Source: Eledone cirrhosa (Eukaryota). Taken from it: a stretch of DNA of 64,000 nt. The stretch lies in NCBI GenBank assembly GCA_964016885.1, contig OZ024740.1, positions 191,766,001-191,830,000 of the forward strand, given 5' to 3'. The notes beneath the pieces are model-generated. The model was not told the DNA's origin and ran no database searches. It was given only the letters and a program-made list of their open reading frames with translations. A program made the position numbers and the translations under genes. The stretch's first letter is position 1, and every line of letters starts with the position of its first letter. Below are positions 1-13,502 of this stretch, in pieces.

Positions 1-2
1 AT

Positions 3-311
3 ATCGGAGCCACAGCTAATAAGGAACGCTGGTACAATCACTGCCACACCTTTAAGACGGCTGATGAGAAACACAGCACCACCCTCTCAGAAATAGTGTG
101 GCGTCTCACACATGATAACGCAGAAATAACCTTGCCGTGGTCCAATGTACCCTGGGCCCAAATGTACAGAGGGAGTGGGCATGACTCGTGCGATTTGTGT
201 GTCACCGAGTTTATGGAAATAATTGCGAGGGGAGTTCAAGTTATTAATAAAAGGAGTAACCACTTCAGCACTTGCCTCCACATATCTTCTGGAACCTTCC
301 TCAAAATGTAA
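3..311 (+). pseudogene. PLE GIY-YIG endonuclease C-terminal fragment (runs off the window edge)
   Basis: (Y)IGAT..KERWYNH, CxLCxxE and NxR motifs. Confidence 0.85.
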
Positions 312-1279
312 AGACTAACAACGTAGTTGTGTTAGTTGAAGACTTTTGCAAACTTGTCCGTGGAAGCCGGGCATGACCACGCGGCAACCCCAACGTCAGG
401 CGAACCTTGGATACCTTGTTTGCACACCTGGAGTCTCTGTGTGTACAATTTCCTTGTCCCTTGTTCCCTATTCCTCTGTTTATATACCTAGTGTTGTTTT
501 TTTTATTTATTTTTGTCCCGTTCTGTTATTATTGTGTTCTCTATATGCGTTCGCGTTTCTAATCTGCTTGTTCCTGTACCTAATTTTGCTTCCCGTAACC
601 CTCTTCCATGGCCTAACAGCCCTTTTAATAGTATTGTTGCCACTGTAGTTCGGACTGAATGCTGTAATCATTGCTAGCCTTGTGCCTTGCAATGATAGAG
701 AGGATTATATTAACTGGGAATACATTTGTTTATATATATAAATACCCATCTATCTTTCTATCCCCTTTTTCACTTACTTGTGTCAACTGACTACTATTGT
801 GGTTAGTTTAATTTTCATGAAAGCCTGGCTTTTTTTCACTGGTGTTGTTGTTGTTGGTGGTGGTGTTACCAATGACTTAATACTGACATACATGATACCA
901 TCTCTACTGCAACGAATGGGGTGGATGATGGGCGGTGTTGGTGCTTGGTGCCGTTGCCATTGTTGTTGTTACTATTTATGGTCATGGTGATTGAAACCAC
1001 CGACTCTGTGTACCCACCTACCTCTAAACTCCTTTTTATTGCTTTGGCGTTATCGCTGTTTACGGTCGAGAGGGCAGTACCGTCACTGTGACGACTACGA
1101 CCTGTATACACGACGCTGGTCTGTGCTTTTGCTATTGTTGTCGTTTGTTGCTGTTGTTGTTGTTCTAAATGTTTTACTGTAGCTGTTGCTTTAGTTGTCG
1201 TTGTCAATAGTGCGGTGGTATAACCACGGCTATTGCAACCCGTCTGGACAACTTTGGTCGGCGGTTTGATGTTAGTGTC

Positions 1280-1301
1280 ATTGTTGTTGTTGTAGTTGTC
1301 G

Positions 1302-1335
<34 letters not shown>

Positions 1336-1346
1336 AGTTGTTGTTT
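1280..1346. repeat. (GTT)n microsatellite
   Basis: direct reading. Confidence 0.95.
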
Positions 1347-1582
1347 ATAGGTGGTTGTCAACTAAATATATACCGCACCCTCCTCTAGGCTCATTTTATT
1401 GCATCAACTGTTTACTGGGGTTTGGCTGCACACAGCCCTTCATTCTTTTCGTCTTTTCGTTGATAGCTTTTTCTAACAAACACGACTGCTGGCAAATCCT
1501 TCAAGTAACTCATATGTATGCTGGGCGCACAGGCATTAGGACGTGTGTTTTCCTGCCAGCGATATATCCAATATATTGATTT

Positions 1583-1670
1583 TCATCTGAGGAAACGGTT
1601 CTCATAATCAACAGCAAATGCATGAAGGACATCTCGATTGCATGGAGAACCGTGGAAAGAATTATTATGA
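1583..1670 (+). ncRNA. Type I hammerhead ribozyme motif (PLE terminal repeat)
   Basis: TCAT-CTGAGGA-A-ACGGTTCTC...GAGAACCGT-G-GAAA-GAATTA-TT-ATGA. Stem I 4 bp, stem II 9 bp with long loop, near-palindromic stem III, AUU triplet, followed by ATTAAA. Confidence 0.7.
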
Positions 1671-2462
1671 TTAAACGATATATGTAACCTCAGCGTCTTA
1701 TTTTGTTATTTATCTAACATATATTTGTGAAATGGGTGGTGGTTGAAATTCAGATGTGCACGGTTAAATGATAGTAGACGTCGTCGGACTGACATGAAAA
1801 TGCACACACCTATGTAAACAGTGCCAAGGCAGCAAATAGACGAGGTTCCAAATCTCTAACTTGAAAAATCTGGTCCCTGGGGCCCCAAAACTATCCCGTT
1901 CGGTGAGTTATTTCCCCCTGTTCTAATACTTTTGTCTTATTTACAATTTCATACAAATAAAGCAGTAAATAAAGGATTATGAGTTGATGCAATTGACTTA
2001 TGTTTCGTCACTATATATATATATAATATGAAAACGCTTTAATAAAAAAAAAATCAACTGTAATCTATGTATGCATGTATTTATGCATGTGTTTATATGA
2101 GCCGGGATATGCAAATAAATCTTACTTTGTGGACAGCTCATCCTTCGCATAATATTCATGCTAGAACAGCATATATTTGAAAGTTTTCAGGGAGTTGAAT
2201 TACTGATTTTGGATCGGCAGCTTTAGCTTTGAAAAAATGAAATGTGCAGTGTAAACATTTTTTATTATTCCTTCCGGGGATGAATATTCTCTACATTTTT
2301 CGATCTCTTTCTTTCTCTCTGGAAGAAATCAGCCGTAGTAAGACCTAAAAAAATGGTTAGATACACCATGACGCACCGTGCTTCACGGTGGAGTTGAAGA
2401 GCAGACTCAGAACATGGCGTTCTGTGGGGGTGGCTCACAGCCCAATGTTCCAGGGGGAGCAA

Positions 2463-2470
2463 AAGAAGAA

Positions 2471-2505
<35 letters not shown>

Positions 2506-2528
2506 AGAAGAAGAAGAAGAAGAAGAAG

Positions 2529-2558
<30 letters not shown>
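2463..2558. repeat. (GAA)n microsatellite
   Basis: direct reading; source of the poly-E/poly-S ORFs. Confidence 0.97.
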
Positions 2559-2559
<1 letters not shown>

Positions 2560-2668
2560 GAGCTGGAGTCCTATCCAATATGTAGGTTGTGTCTTAAATT
2601 GAAGGTTTAGTAGAAACAATTCATGTATAGTTTTGTACTTTTCTTTTTGTCATTCATATATAAACAAA

Positions 2669-3245
2669 TCTACTATATAAATTGGAAGTGGTCGGACGTT
2701 GTATATGTAGGTTTAGTCGGATAAACGTCGAAACGGCTAGGTGAAATGCAACGAAAATGTACACAGTTATGCAGAATGACCCTAGGAGGCTTTGGGTCGA
2801 CTTTCAAGCTACAACCGTCCATGGTTACGGAGAAAATCGATGAAACAGGAATTTCCCATTCAAGTTGAATTGAGAGTAATCTGTGAACGCAGAAGTAATT
2901 ATTTCGAGACACGTTGCAACCGAACGAAAACAGGAGGACGATAGTTTGGTTCTTGAAGACGTTCCCTGGCAATAAACCGGAAAAAAGCGAGGATAATAAG
3001 TCATTATGTGGGACGTGAAGAACAATTTCATGCAAAGACAAGACCAAGTTTATGGTATAAATGGAGTGGTTAGACTAATATTCTATTTAAAATAACAATG
3101 ATTTCCAGCCCCGAAGTTTAAGAATGATGCAAATAAAATAGAAAACTAAAATGACAGAGGTTATTAAAATAGTAAAAGTAAATAGTGAAGATTTAGGCCA
3201 GTACACATACACATACATACGCACACACAAATACATACCCCCCCC

Positions 3246-3276
<31 letters not shown>

Positions 3277-3722
3277 CCACACGCACACACACGAACGCAC
3301 GCGCGTATGTATACAACTTATACATTTATACAGTATTTCACCAAACTTAAGACATAGGTTACTTATGTACGCCGGATGGTCATGGGCAGTGTTATTTTTC
3401 CAGATATTGATTATAGGGTCCCCTGGCAAATAACCCTTTTAACCACTTTAACCACTTCCTTGGAGTTGACTGAAGCACTGCAGTGCAATGCAATAACACG
3501 TCATAACTTCTGGAGTTCGAAACCGATTTTCACAAAACTTGACACATGGGCTACGTTTGTTCTACAGATGAATGTGAACTCTCAGAATTGGCACATATTG
3601 GGTAGGGAAAAAAGTCGATGATTTTGTAATAGTATAGTTTTCGAAAAAGCACTGAAGTATTGACGTAAATGGTATACACAATTGCTATTTAATATCCGAG
3701 CAACGCCGGGTACCTCTGCTAG
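2669..3722 (+). mobile_element. Non-autonomous Helitron (3' end clear, 5' end tentative)
   Basis: 3' hairpin TCCGAGCAACGCCGGG then CTAG|T at 3719-3723. Same terminus at 29946-29973 and 33478-33506. Candidate 5' TCTACTATATAAA at 2669. Confidence 0.6.
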
Positions 3723-3760
3723 TATATATATATATATATATCTAATATAGCAATGTCTTG

Positions 3761-3800
3761 CTGATGATTTTCTTCAAATGAAACAATACTGTTCCTGTAG
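3761..3800 (+). ncRNA. Degenerate HHR-like motif
   Basis: CTGATGA-TTTT-CTTC-AAAT-GAAA-CAATACTG-TT-CCTGTAG. Stem I partner missing. Resembles the 31248-31286 motif. Confidence 0.35.
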
Positions 3801-3828
3801 AGCCATTCCTGTATTTATTATATGCTAT

Positions 3829-4015
3829 GCGGAGGATTGGCAGTATAGGTAGAGGGTCGGACGCCATGCTTTCCAGCATAGTTACGTCCCTTTACGATCT
3901 GAGGTCAAATCCCGCCGAGGTTGACTTTGCCTTTCATCCTTACGAGGTCGATAAAAAAAGTACCAGTAATGCACTGGTGAATTGCTGGCCCTGTGCCTAA
4001 AGTAGAAACAATTAT
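3829..4015 (+). mobile_element. tRNA-derived SINE (cephalopod-type)
   Basis: GCGGAGGATTGGCAGTATAGG (A-box-like), GAGGTCAAATCCCGCCGAGGTTGACTTTGCCTTTCATCC (B-box-like/core), GTCGATAAA..AAGTACCAG. At least six more full or partial copies in the window. Confidence 0.8.
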
Positions 4016-4302
4016 ATGCTATTCATTGGGTACCTGTGGTTACCCCGATTGAACCCGGGATACAAAAGTAGACACACACACACATATATATATATTTTTT
4101 TTTTGTTTTAATGAAAAGAATGAATTCACTTGAAGTTTTAAAAAGTTTTATTTAACTTTTTAATATTATAATTTTACAATTTGATTTTGTAGATGTAGTA
4201 AGTTATTTAACTTCGGTGGGCATATATTTAAAGATTCGTATGTTAACCTTCTTGGGAATCTTTCTCGGTTTCGTCTGCGGCGATCGCGAAACTGATCTCA
4301 GT

Positions 4303-4348
<46 letters not shown>

Positions 4349-4361
4349 GTATTTATATATA

Positions 4362-4418
<57 letters not shown>

Positions 4419-4865
4419 TATAATGTATATATATATATATATATATACATATAACCCACGTGGGTATTGATAACGGTCAATCCTTGGCTTGGCACTTGAA
4501 CTAACACCTGTTGAGAAAGTGACTTCCTTGTTCAATCATCTTACCAAAAGCTTAACATTATTTGTCTAAGCGGACAGTACTTGATTTAGGAGTCGCAGAA
4601 ACCCAAATGCTGTATTTTCACCAACCATCCAGGGGTCCGGGTACATTTTTCAATCATATTTTTTTATTTGTTTGACTCGAATTACTTAGTCATTTCTATT
4701 GCTGTGCTGATTATGGTTCAACCATCGTCTCAGTGTGTTTCGCCTTTTAACGTATGTTGTAGCTCTGGTTCGTTAGAATCTTTTGAGCGCTTGCCACACA
4801 TCTCGGAAGTTTCTTTTCGCTAATTTCCAATAGTCGAAATACGATTCTCTCTAAATTATATGTGC

Positions 4866-4926
<61 letters not shown>

Positions 4927-5291
4927 TACGTTAGTATGCTCTTGCATAGATGTTTGTATTTTAATACATGTGTCTATGTCCATTTAATTTATTCAGTGAA
5001 GCCCGTCTCATTTGCAGTTAATCAACAATTATTTTAGCATCACGACTGATTCGGTCATATACAAAACGACCTTAATGTTATAAAGACCATTTTTCATTAA
5101 CTAGCACTGAGTTAAAATGCAAAGTAGACTTCATTTCATTCATGTGTACCGACTACACCGTCCTTTGTTTGATTCTACATTATATGATGGTTTGAGTCTA
5201 GATTATATGATAGTTTCTGTCTAGATAATATGATTGATGGTGTTTTTTTAAACAAAAGGTAACTTGTAAAACGGTTTCTTACTTGTAAATA

Positions 5292-5481
5292 ACTGTTTCT
5301 ACTTTTGGCACAAGGCCAGCACTTACCCAGTGCATTACTGGTACTTTATTTTATCGACCTCTCGTAAGGATGAAAGGCAAAGTTAACCTCGGCGGGATTT
5401 GAACTCAGAATGGCAAGGGCCGTAACTATGCTGGAAAGCAGGGTCTCCGACCCTCTACCGATACTGCCAATCCACCGCCCT
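5292..5481 (-). mobile_element. SINE, same family
   Basis: reverse complement of the 3829-4015 element, with a GAGTTCAAATCC B-box. Confidence 0.8.
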
Positions 5482-5989
5482 ACTTGTAAATAACACGACG
5501 AAATTATGCTTTTTATTTAAGCATATGCTATATTAAATTCAATTTAATCTAGCTCCTTTTCTCTCCTAATGAAGAAACCTACATGGTTGATCATGACCAC
5601 TTTCTGGTTGATTTTGGCTATGAGGTAGATGGAGCCGTACACACCACGCTTGGACTATCACGAGTTCGTGAGGATATTGAACCCATAATTGGGGGGAATG
5701 GCTATGGGGATACATTCGATCATTTAACATATTGGTGTTTGTGCTGCTAGTGTTCAGATTCTTCTCCACACCAATCCGGTATCTCGGGGTGAGGTAGCCA
5801 GTTTTGTCGCCGCTCACTTGTACATGAATCAGGACTTACTGGGTTGCATGTTACCGGTAGCAAGCAGATGTCTGCCATAACGTGAGCAACTATATATGGT
5901 ATACAGCGAAATTTGGATAAATACTTAATGAGTAAGAAATGTATTCATATCATTGAGAGCGTGTGTAAATGAAATTAATGAAACATTGC

Positions 5990-6760
5990 GATTTCGAAAA
6001 TGTTGAACAGATTGTGTATCAGGAATTGATTATTATAAATAATGATACGTTTAGATTTTTTTATATCATCATATTGACTTACAATGTTATTTACCATATA
6101 TTTTGAAGCAATTTTATAAACTATGACATCACTAACCATTTTTAGGTAAACAGTGACATTTTTTATATGAGTTTGAGGCGATTGTTATAGTCAATTCAAT
6201 TAACTCCATTGTTGATATAATGTGGGAGGATCGGCGAAGGAAACCCAACTGCATTCGAACGCAGCATATTAGAGGGATAATATTCTTTAGTCTGGACTGT
6301 AATAGTACTAATTGTTTGTCACCATTAACTGAATCAATTGAGCGTTGAGTTAGAATCAACTCGAAAATATATACTCAGTATATGTATCGGAGATATTTCT
6401 TTTGTAACAAATCATCATCCTAAATCGTGATGGGGATTCCAAATAACTTCTAAACAACATATTGCAAAATACGTGTTTACCTCAATCAGTTACAGATGTA
6501 TGATATTGTTTTACCTGCGATGGTGAATATTTTGAGTATGTTGTTATTTTTTTATCCAATCTTGGCAGCCAAAAATATGGTAGAAACAAGGATTCTCAAG
6601 AGACTGAAAGAAATTATTGGAATAATTATGGAATCTAAATCCATTTTTATTTTTAATTTTGAAACTCTCTGTAGAATGTGTTCCTTCAAGATATTTTACA
6701 TGGGTCTGTCAACTAGCGTGATAAGTTGTTCTGATTTTATTAACTTTCAATAACAGAAGC
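5990..6760 (-). pseudogene. Possible highly decayed PLE-type RT remnant
   Basis: Scattered minus-strand pieces (PCFYH..WLPRLDK, similar to PxFYGLPKIHK; YDDI) in the expected order, with many stops. Confidence 0.25.
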
Positions 6761-6989
6761 TTTCGAAACAGGAGTAACGTTCCCAACAAATGAAAACTGA
6801 GAAGTTTGTTTTAGCTTGCTAGTAATTTTGCCTGTAATTTTCTTTGAAAAGGAAATATTTCTGTTTAAATATATATACTTTCACCTTAATAGACACCAGC
6901 GGAACATACTAAAATGTATTATCAGCTCTCTTCTATTTAGCGTGACATGCTCTTCTCTGTGCCCACTTGCATCATCTCTGAACTTTCGC

Positions 6990-7260
6990 TCTTGGCCAAT
7001 TTCTACTTGACATACGTTGTGTTCACAGTCCCCACTTTCATTGGACATGAGCATTCTGTCTCAGAGATCGTCTGCTCGGAATGTCCAGCTGGTCACCTGT
7101 ACCTGCTTCTACCAGCTCCGATTTTCGTTTTCGGCTGTTCTTGCTAGGCATGCTCTGCTTCTCGCAGTGCCAGATTCCATCGATCCGAACACACGATCTC
7201 AGCAGCCATGTCATTGATGTATCCCTGTAGAGGTACATTGCTTCGGTTGATACTGGCTAT
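6990..7260 (-). mobile_element. LINE (RTE-like) 3' remnant
   Basis: SMTWLLRS..DGIWHCEKQ..KNSRKRK..SLRQNAHV resembles an RTE ORF C-terminus; frameshifted. Confidence 0.4.
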
Positions 7261-7473
7261 CGTGCACAAGGAACCATAACAAATGTTCAAATAATTAAAC
7301 GTAACCGCGCATCTGCAATGGTCGACATATGGGCTTTCTATTCATATTCATGTTTTGGCCCACTTTTCTTATTTGTGCATGTGTTTAGCCATACGGAACT
7401 TCTTTGCAAATGGATATATTTTATCTCATACATCCACATTTGTCTATCTTTCTTCACTTATTTTCTCTTTGTG

Positions 7474-7479
<6 letters not shown>

Positions 7480-7560
<81 letters not shown>

Positions 7561-7660
7561 TCTCTCTCTCTCGTTCTCTCTCTATCTCTCTCTCTCTCAC
7601 TCTCTCTCTCTCTCTCTCTGTCTATCTATCTATATCTATATATATATATATATATCTCCC
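7480..7660. repeat. (CT)n/(TA)n compound microsatellite
   Basis: direct reading. Confidence 0.95.
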
Positions 7661-9399
7661 TCTCTTTTTTCTCTTTTTGCCTCTCCTCGTTGTGTCTATC
7701 TTTTTAGGTCTTAACGTCCAATCAAACTGACACTCATTGTATTAACGTTTGCCTATTCTCTTCTTCTTCTTGGCTAAACTATATGCTGGACCACTTCACT
7801 ATCTTTTCAGTTGCAGATCATGGGTTAGTAGCAAATTTGCTATTATTCGTAAATGGTCTTTAAACTATCGTCCTGTCTTTTATACATGTTTTACTATCAT
7901 ATCCTTTATTTATTATTTGTAAATAATACGTAATTTTAAGAAAATGAAGAAACAATTATTTGTAAATAACTTTAAGACTATCATCTTACCGATTGTCCGA
8001 ATGTTACTGTCCCCTGATCACTAGAGCCTGTTGGATCGATCTCAAAGCACATAAACAACCTATCTATAGAGGTCGCCTGTTCTGTATTTGTTCATTTTAA
8101 AATTGATGTTTTATCTTACATTTCCGCATTTTTCCATCATTCTTCATGTAATACATATTTACTTCTCTGTATATCTTCCTGTTTGCACGCTGAGTCAGTT
8201 TGTTTGAATGCTAGGTCCTAAAAAGGGTATAGCGTCCAAACAAAGTGACAATAATTATATTAATGTTTGCATATTCTCCATCTCTTCACCAACCAGCATT
8301 TCTCCTCAATACAGCATGCTCCCAAATTGGTTTGGCACGGCAAAACGGCGGATAATTACCTTTTGTTACATCACAGTATCATATTTTCTTTATTTTGTCC
8401 CGCAAACGCTATTCAGGATGAATTAATCATAATTTAATTGTTTCTGTAACCTTAAGACACACCAACGCATATCTTTTCGGATATAGGCGAGCTTCATCGC
8501 AGAGGCCAATTAATATTAGCGGCGTAGTCCACAAGCCAGTGACATACTTGAAGCCAATGAACTAGAAACAATTGCGCTATTGCTTTCCAAAGCCATGTGA
8601 GAAAGATACTTTAATTAAATGATATCGAGACAAATTATACTATGCTTAGTGCCAGAGATTACTAATAACTTTTCAACCATTATTTTTTTGTTTTCGAATA
8701 TTTCTGTAAGTTGAAGGAAAATACGTCATTCAATAAAATGCTTTGTTCCGGCAGACTTATTTTTCTCATTGTCAGAACCTCTTTGCCAATTCCCTATTAC
8801 GGTTTTTTTTAAATACCTACCACGCAAATGGATCGATATTATCGATTAAAAACCTTTGAAGGTTATGATGGTCCAGTGTGCTTGAAAACAATATGAAATG
8901 AAATAATCTTAGCGAATTAAATAACATAATTTAATACGAGGATCATTTAATCTATGATTATCAATTTCTTTTAAATAATATCTGGATATGAATTACATTT
9001 CAAACTCGCAAATTATGCAGGTGCACAGCCTGATCTGCGAAGCCACATTCATTTAATTATATTGGAGCATGTATTCGTATATATAGTTGGCATATTGTGA
9101 CATGTATGCGTTTATATAGGCGGTTGATTGACATTACCAATGCACGGAAATATTTCCAATTGATATCTAATTAAGGTATATGTTTTCATAATGAACTCTA
9201 AAATTTAATTGCATCCAATCAGAAATATTGAAACTCACAGAATATCGATTTCATAATTGCGTGTACTGAATATCCAAATGAGTAAACTCACACACACGTA
9301 TGCGTATACAGACACACACACTCATACTGCCACACATACATAGATCCAAACAAAGCCATAGACATACACACACATTCCCTGACGCACACACACACCGCA

Positions 9400-10916
9400 C
9401 ATACATAGACTATTATCGTTTGTTTCTTGTTTATTCTTTGTTGCACTTTCAAATTTAAAAAAAACACTTGTTGTTTTAACTTGTTTCACTATATTAATTG
9501 TTAATTTTCGCGTTAAGGGCCTAATCACGCAGCAGTCTGCAATTGACGAGTTTTTGAGGATGGTTTGTTTATTTTTAGAACAATCGTTATGGGACTTTTC
9601 ATTCAAACCATTGGGACCTACAACTTTAACATTTTTAAAATTTCATAAGCCATGTTGATACAAAAGAAAATAAGTTGCACTTTCAAAGTTTAAAATACAC
9701 TTGTTGTTTTAACTAGTTTCACTATATTAAGTGTTAATTTTCGCGGTAAGGGCCTAATCTCGCAGCAGTCTCGAATTGACGAGATTTTGATGATGTTTTT
9801 TTTTATCTTTAGAACAATCCTTATGGGACTTTCCATTCAAATCATTGGGACCTACAGCTTTTACATTTTTAAAGTAATTTCGTCCACATTTAAGGCACGC
9901 ATTATCTATGCTTCCAGATGTATTCGTACACATCAAACTGTTTTGACAATGAAGGAACATACTGTATGTAATCCATAGGATACGGTCAAATATACAGTTG
10001 AATTTCTAAATTCTTTAAATCCTGCTGGTTTACCTACTAATACATTGGTTCTGAAAGAGGGAACGCCAGTTATTTTGCTGAGAAATATCACTCCTCCAAA
10101 ACAATGCAATGGTACACGCCTTGTGGTTAAAAAACTGTCTCTACTTAGTATTGACGCTACCATTCTATCTGGTTGTGGAAAAGGCGAGGATGTGATAATA
10201 ACAAAAATTAGCCGGACTACATCAGGCGTGGATACTCCCTTCTCCTTTCGCCGAACCCAATTTCCCCCTTCGTGTTGCCTTTGCAATGTCCATACACAAG
10301 TCGCAAGGTCAAACTATGTCCGTCACTGGAATTCACTTGGATGAACCTTGCTTTTCGCACGGACAATTCTAGGTTGCCTGCTCACGAGCTGGCAGTCGAG
10401 ATAATCTCTTTGCGTTTGTTCCGAAAAGAAAAGCCAAGAATATCGTCTATCCTGAAGTGCTTTGGTGTTAATAAAAAAAACCGTATTACAGCTCTGCCTT
10501 GACTTCACCTTACTCATTACAAAACCTACCAATGAATATGCCATGCAGGATAGTGTGGATTATGAGTTCAAAATGTAACCATACACAGCAAAGGACGCTC
10601 TCAAAGAATAGATTTTCTCTTATTCTACTGTTTGTTTGTATACAACTCTGCTTTCATTACAACTGTTTTTTTTACATATTTGCAACGTGTATTGTCTTTA
10701 ATCATTTGTATAACTACATCCTGTTCAGTGTTTTCCGTCATTATCAACATAGTTTTATTTGTACAAAGATTACACTAAATATTCGTTTGCATTAATTATT
10801 GAAGACTTCTACTTATTTTGACAGGTTGGGGACAAATAATGTTCTTCTTTTACTTCCTAGCTGTATATTCTTAGCATACTTTCAAACCCCGAACAACGCC
10901 GAGTAAATCTGCCTGT
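9400..10916 (+). mobile_element. Decayed Helitron with internal ~235-bp duplication and helicase fragment
   Basis: Duplication at about 9440 and 9675. Degenerate 3' hairpin CCCCGAACAACGCCGAG...CTGCCTGT at 10887-10916. Confidence 0.7.
9960..10465 (+). pseudogene. Helitron RepHel PIF1-family helicase C-terminal fragment (frameshifted)
   Basis: YTVEFLNSLNPAGLP..LVLKEGTPVILLRNITPPKQCNGTRLVVKKL..IDATILSGCGKGEDVII..FRRTQFP; then after a frameshift FAMSIHKSQGQTM..GIHLDEPCFSHGQF*VACSR. Confidence 0.9.
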
Positions 10917-11151
10917 ATATATATATATATATCACAGAAAGAAAAGAGAATCAGTGTTGCGACGAGGAGTGGAATTTATTGGACATATTACAATCACTGT
11001 AATATGTCCAATAAATTCCATTCGTCGCAAAACTGATTCTCTTTTTTTCTGTGATATCATACTCTGCTTTTTGAGAGAATCGAGTGATCATACGGCCTAC
11101 TGCCTACGCATGCTTTATGCATACAGCATCAATAATATATATATATATATA

Positions 11152-11630
11152 TTGATAAAAGGAAAATAATTGTTTCCAGCGAAAAATAGTTTAATTAGGA
11201 ATAAATAAAAATTAGTAATAGTATTGGTTAATATTCAGTTCTGGTTTTAAGTTTTACAGGTTGCGCATTTCTAATGCTTTTCAAAAATTATTTTGAGATA
11301 GAGCGCCCGTGATGTTTGCTCTAATCTGATTAGTTTTGGAAATTCTACATGTTTTATGTAAAAAAAAGTGGCTCCAGATGTATGAAAGAATTCTTGTGGC
11401 AAAAACAATATTTGATTTGTCGGTAGAGGTCATGTGAATGTTAAAAATTGATTTTGCGCCAAATGTAGGTTTGTCTCGACTGATTGAGAAGTCACTGAAA
11501 AATAAGTCTTTCAAGACAAATATGTGTGTGTGTGTAATAGTAGTACAGAATTTCTTTGTTTCGATAATGGTTAGCAGGGCTGTGTGTTCGAACCGCAGCC
11601 TGTTGACAGTTCAAATGCCTATTAAGACAA

Positions 11631-11710
<80 letters not shown>

Positions 11711-13397
11711 CAGAGTAATTCGTGGTAGAGGGATGGACAGTAGGAATGTGTCTGTACGTGTGTGGGGGATATTTTAACATGTTAAAATATATTTTTCAGC
11801 TCTTGTGTTATACGGAAAAGTGTGTGTGTGTGTGTGTGTGTATGTCTCTGTGTATGTTAATGTACGCGTGTGTATGTGTGTGTGTATATATGAGTGTGTG
11901 TGTGTGTGTTTATATGTGTCTGTGTGTGTGTGTGAGAATGTGTGTGTGTGTGGGTGGACCAGTATTTTTGTGAAACTGGTAAAAATGGTGTACATTATTC
12001 GATATTTTCAGTAAAAACGATTCTCTCAATAGAAGACAACGTTTTATAGTAAAACACAATTTCCTCAAAGAAGGACAACGTTTTATAGTAAAACACAATT
12101 TCGCATGCGCATCAGAAAATATAATATATGTATTATCTTGCTCAGGTTGTCGAGAACAATACATAGGCCAGACTAAAAGCAGCCTCCGCCAACGCATGAA
12201 TGTCCATAGATCCCAAATTAAAATACGGGAATACAGGAAAATACCACTGAGTGAACACATTGATACCTGTGCCGCTCAAAATCATCCCAACTTCAAAATC
12301 TTTCCCCTCTACAAATTTAAAATAAGGCCACCCATACCAGGCGCATCAGCAAGGAATCTCACTTTATTAATAAATACGAACCCCGTCTAAACACTTCTCC
12401 CTAAGATGAACCCACAACATACACACGTCAACATACATACCTACATCAGCATACATCTCTATCCACATATAAACACAATGACATACGTAAACACACATGT
12501 TCTATGGTGCAACACAAATATACACAAATTTGCATACTTTTTGATGTCTATAGATATAAACGTGTCGACACACACATACATATACGAACACATGCATTGC
12601 ACACTGATGGACACATACATATTTGTACACAAGTATTCCAATAGGGCAAGGCCTAATGCGTTCCCCTTGCAGTACGTACAATCTGGACACTCACACACAC
12701 CTTGGTATTATGCCAATACTATATATCATTTCAAACATTTTATTATTAAGGTTTTTGATGTCCTATTGAGAGAATCGTTTTTACTGAAAATATCGAATAA
12801 TATACACCATTTTTACCAGTATCACAAAAATACTGGTCCACCCACATACATACACACATTCTTTCACATACACACACACATATATACACACACACGCATA
12901 CACACGCACACACACACACACACACTTGTCTTAATAGGCATTTGAACTGTCAAGAGGCTGCGGTTTGCATACACATCCCTGCTGACCATTATCACAACGA
13001 CGAACCTCTTTACTACTACTACTACACACACACACACACATATTTGTCTTGAAAGACTTATTTTACAGTGACTTCTCAATCAGCCGAGACAAACCTACAT
13101 TTGGCGCAAAATCAATTTTTAACATTCACATGACCTCTACCGACAAATCAAAATTGTTTTGACCACAAGAATGTTTTCATACCTCTGAACCACTTTTTTT
13201 TACATAAAACAGGTAGAATTTCCCAAACTAATCAGATTAGAGCAAACATCACGGCCGCTCTATTATAAATGCGCAATTGGTAAAACTTAAAACCAAAACT
13301 GAATATTAACCAATACTATTACTAATTTTTACTTATTCCTAATTAAGCTATTTTTCACTGGGAACAATTTGTCAGCATTTTCTTTTCCTTTTACCAA
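11152..13397. mobile_element. PLE fold-back: 5'-truncated + strand element (12040-13397) preceded by an inverted copy of its 3' region (11152-12036)
   Basis: 11152-12036 is the reverse complement of 12760-13397 (diverged). A third copy lies at 19330-19700. Confidence 0.8.
12088..12390 (+). pseudogene. PLE GIY-YIG fragment (Cys-rich, Neptune-like)
   Basis: HNFACASENIIYVLSCSGCREQYIGQTKSSLRQRMNVHRSQI..PLSEHI. Confidence 0.85.
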
Positions 13398-13429
13398 CAT
13401 TTAACTCGTGTGTTACACCTCTATTCTTT

Positions 13430-13499
<70 letters not shown>

Positions 13500-13502
<3 letters not shown>

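Larger units (their letters stand above)
1..1720 (+). mobile_element. Penelope-like element (PLE), 3' part: GIY-YIG C-terminus, long 3' UTR, terminal HHR
   Basis: Frame from nt 3 reads IGATANKERWYNHCHTF...STTLSEIVWRL...SCDLCVTEFMEI...INKRSNHFSTCLH, collinear with the GIY-YIG domains at 16870-17309 and 44529-45101. HHR at 1583-1670. Confidence 0.85.

Noticed and set aside
61-72. CTGATGAGAAAC hammerhead-like string
   Set aside because: Lies in GIY-YIG codons (ADEKH); no room for stem II
13044-13100. TTGTC-TTGAAAGACT...AGCCGAGACAA as a variant HHR (mirror at ~11470-11520)
   Set aside because: Core boxes do not fit either CUGANGA/GAAA or U3A8, and there is no stem III; left unassigned
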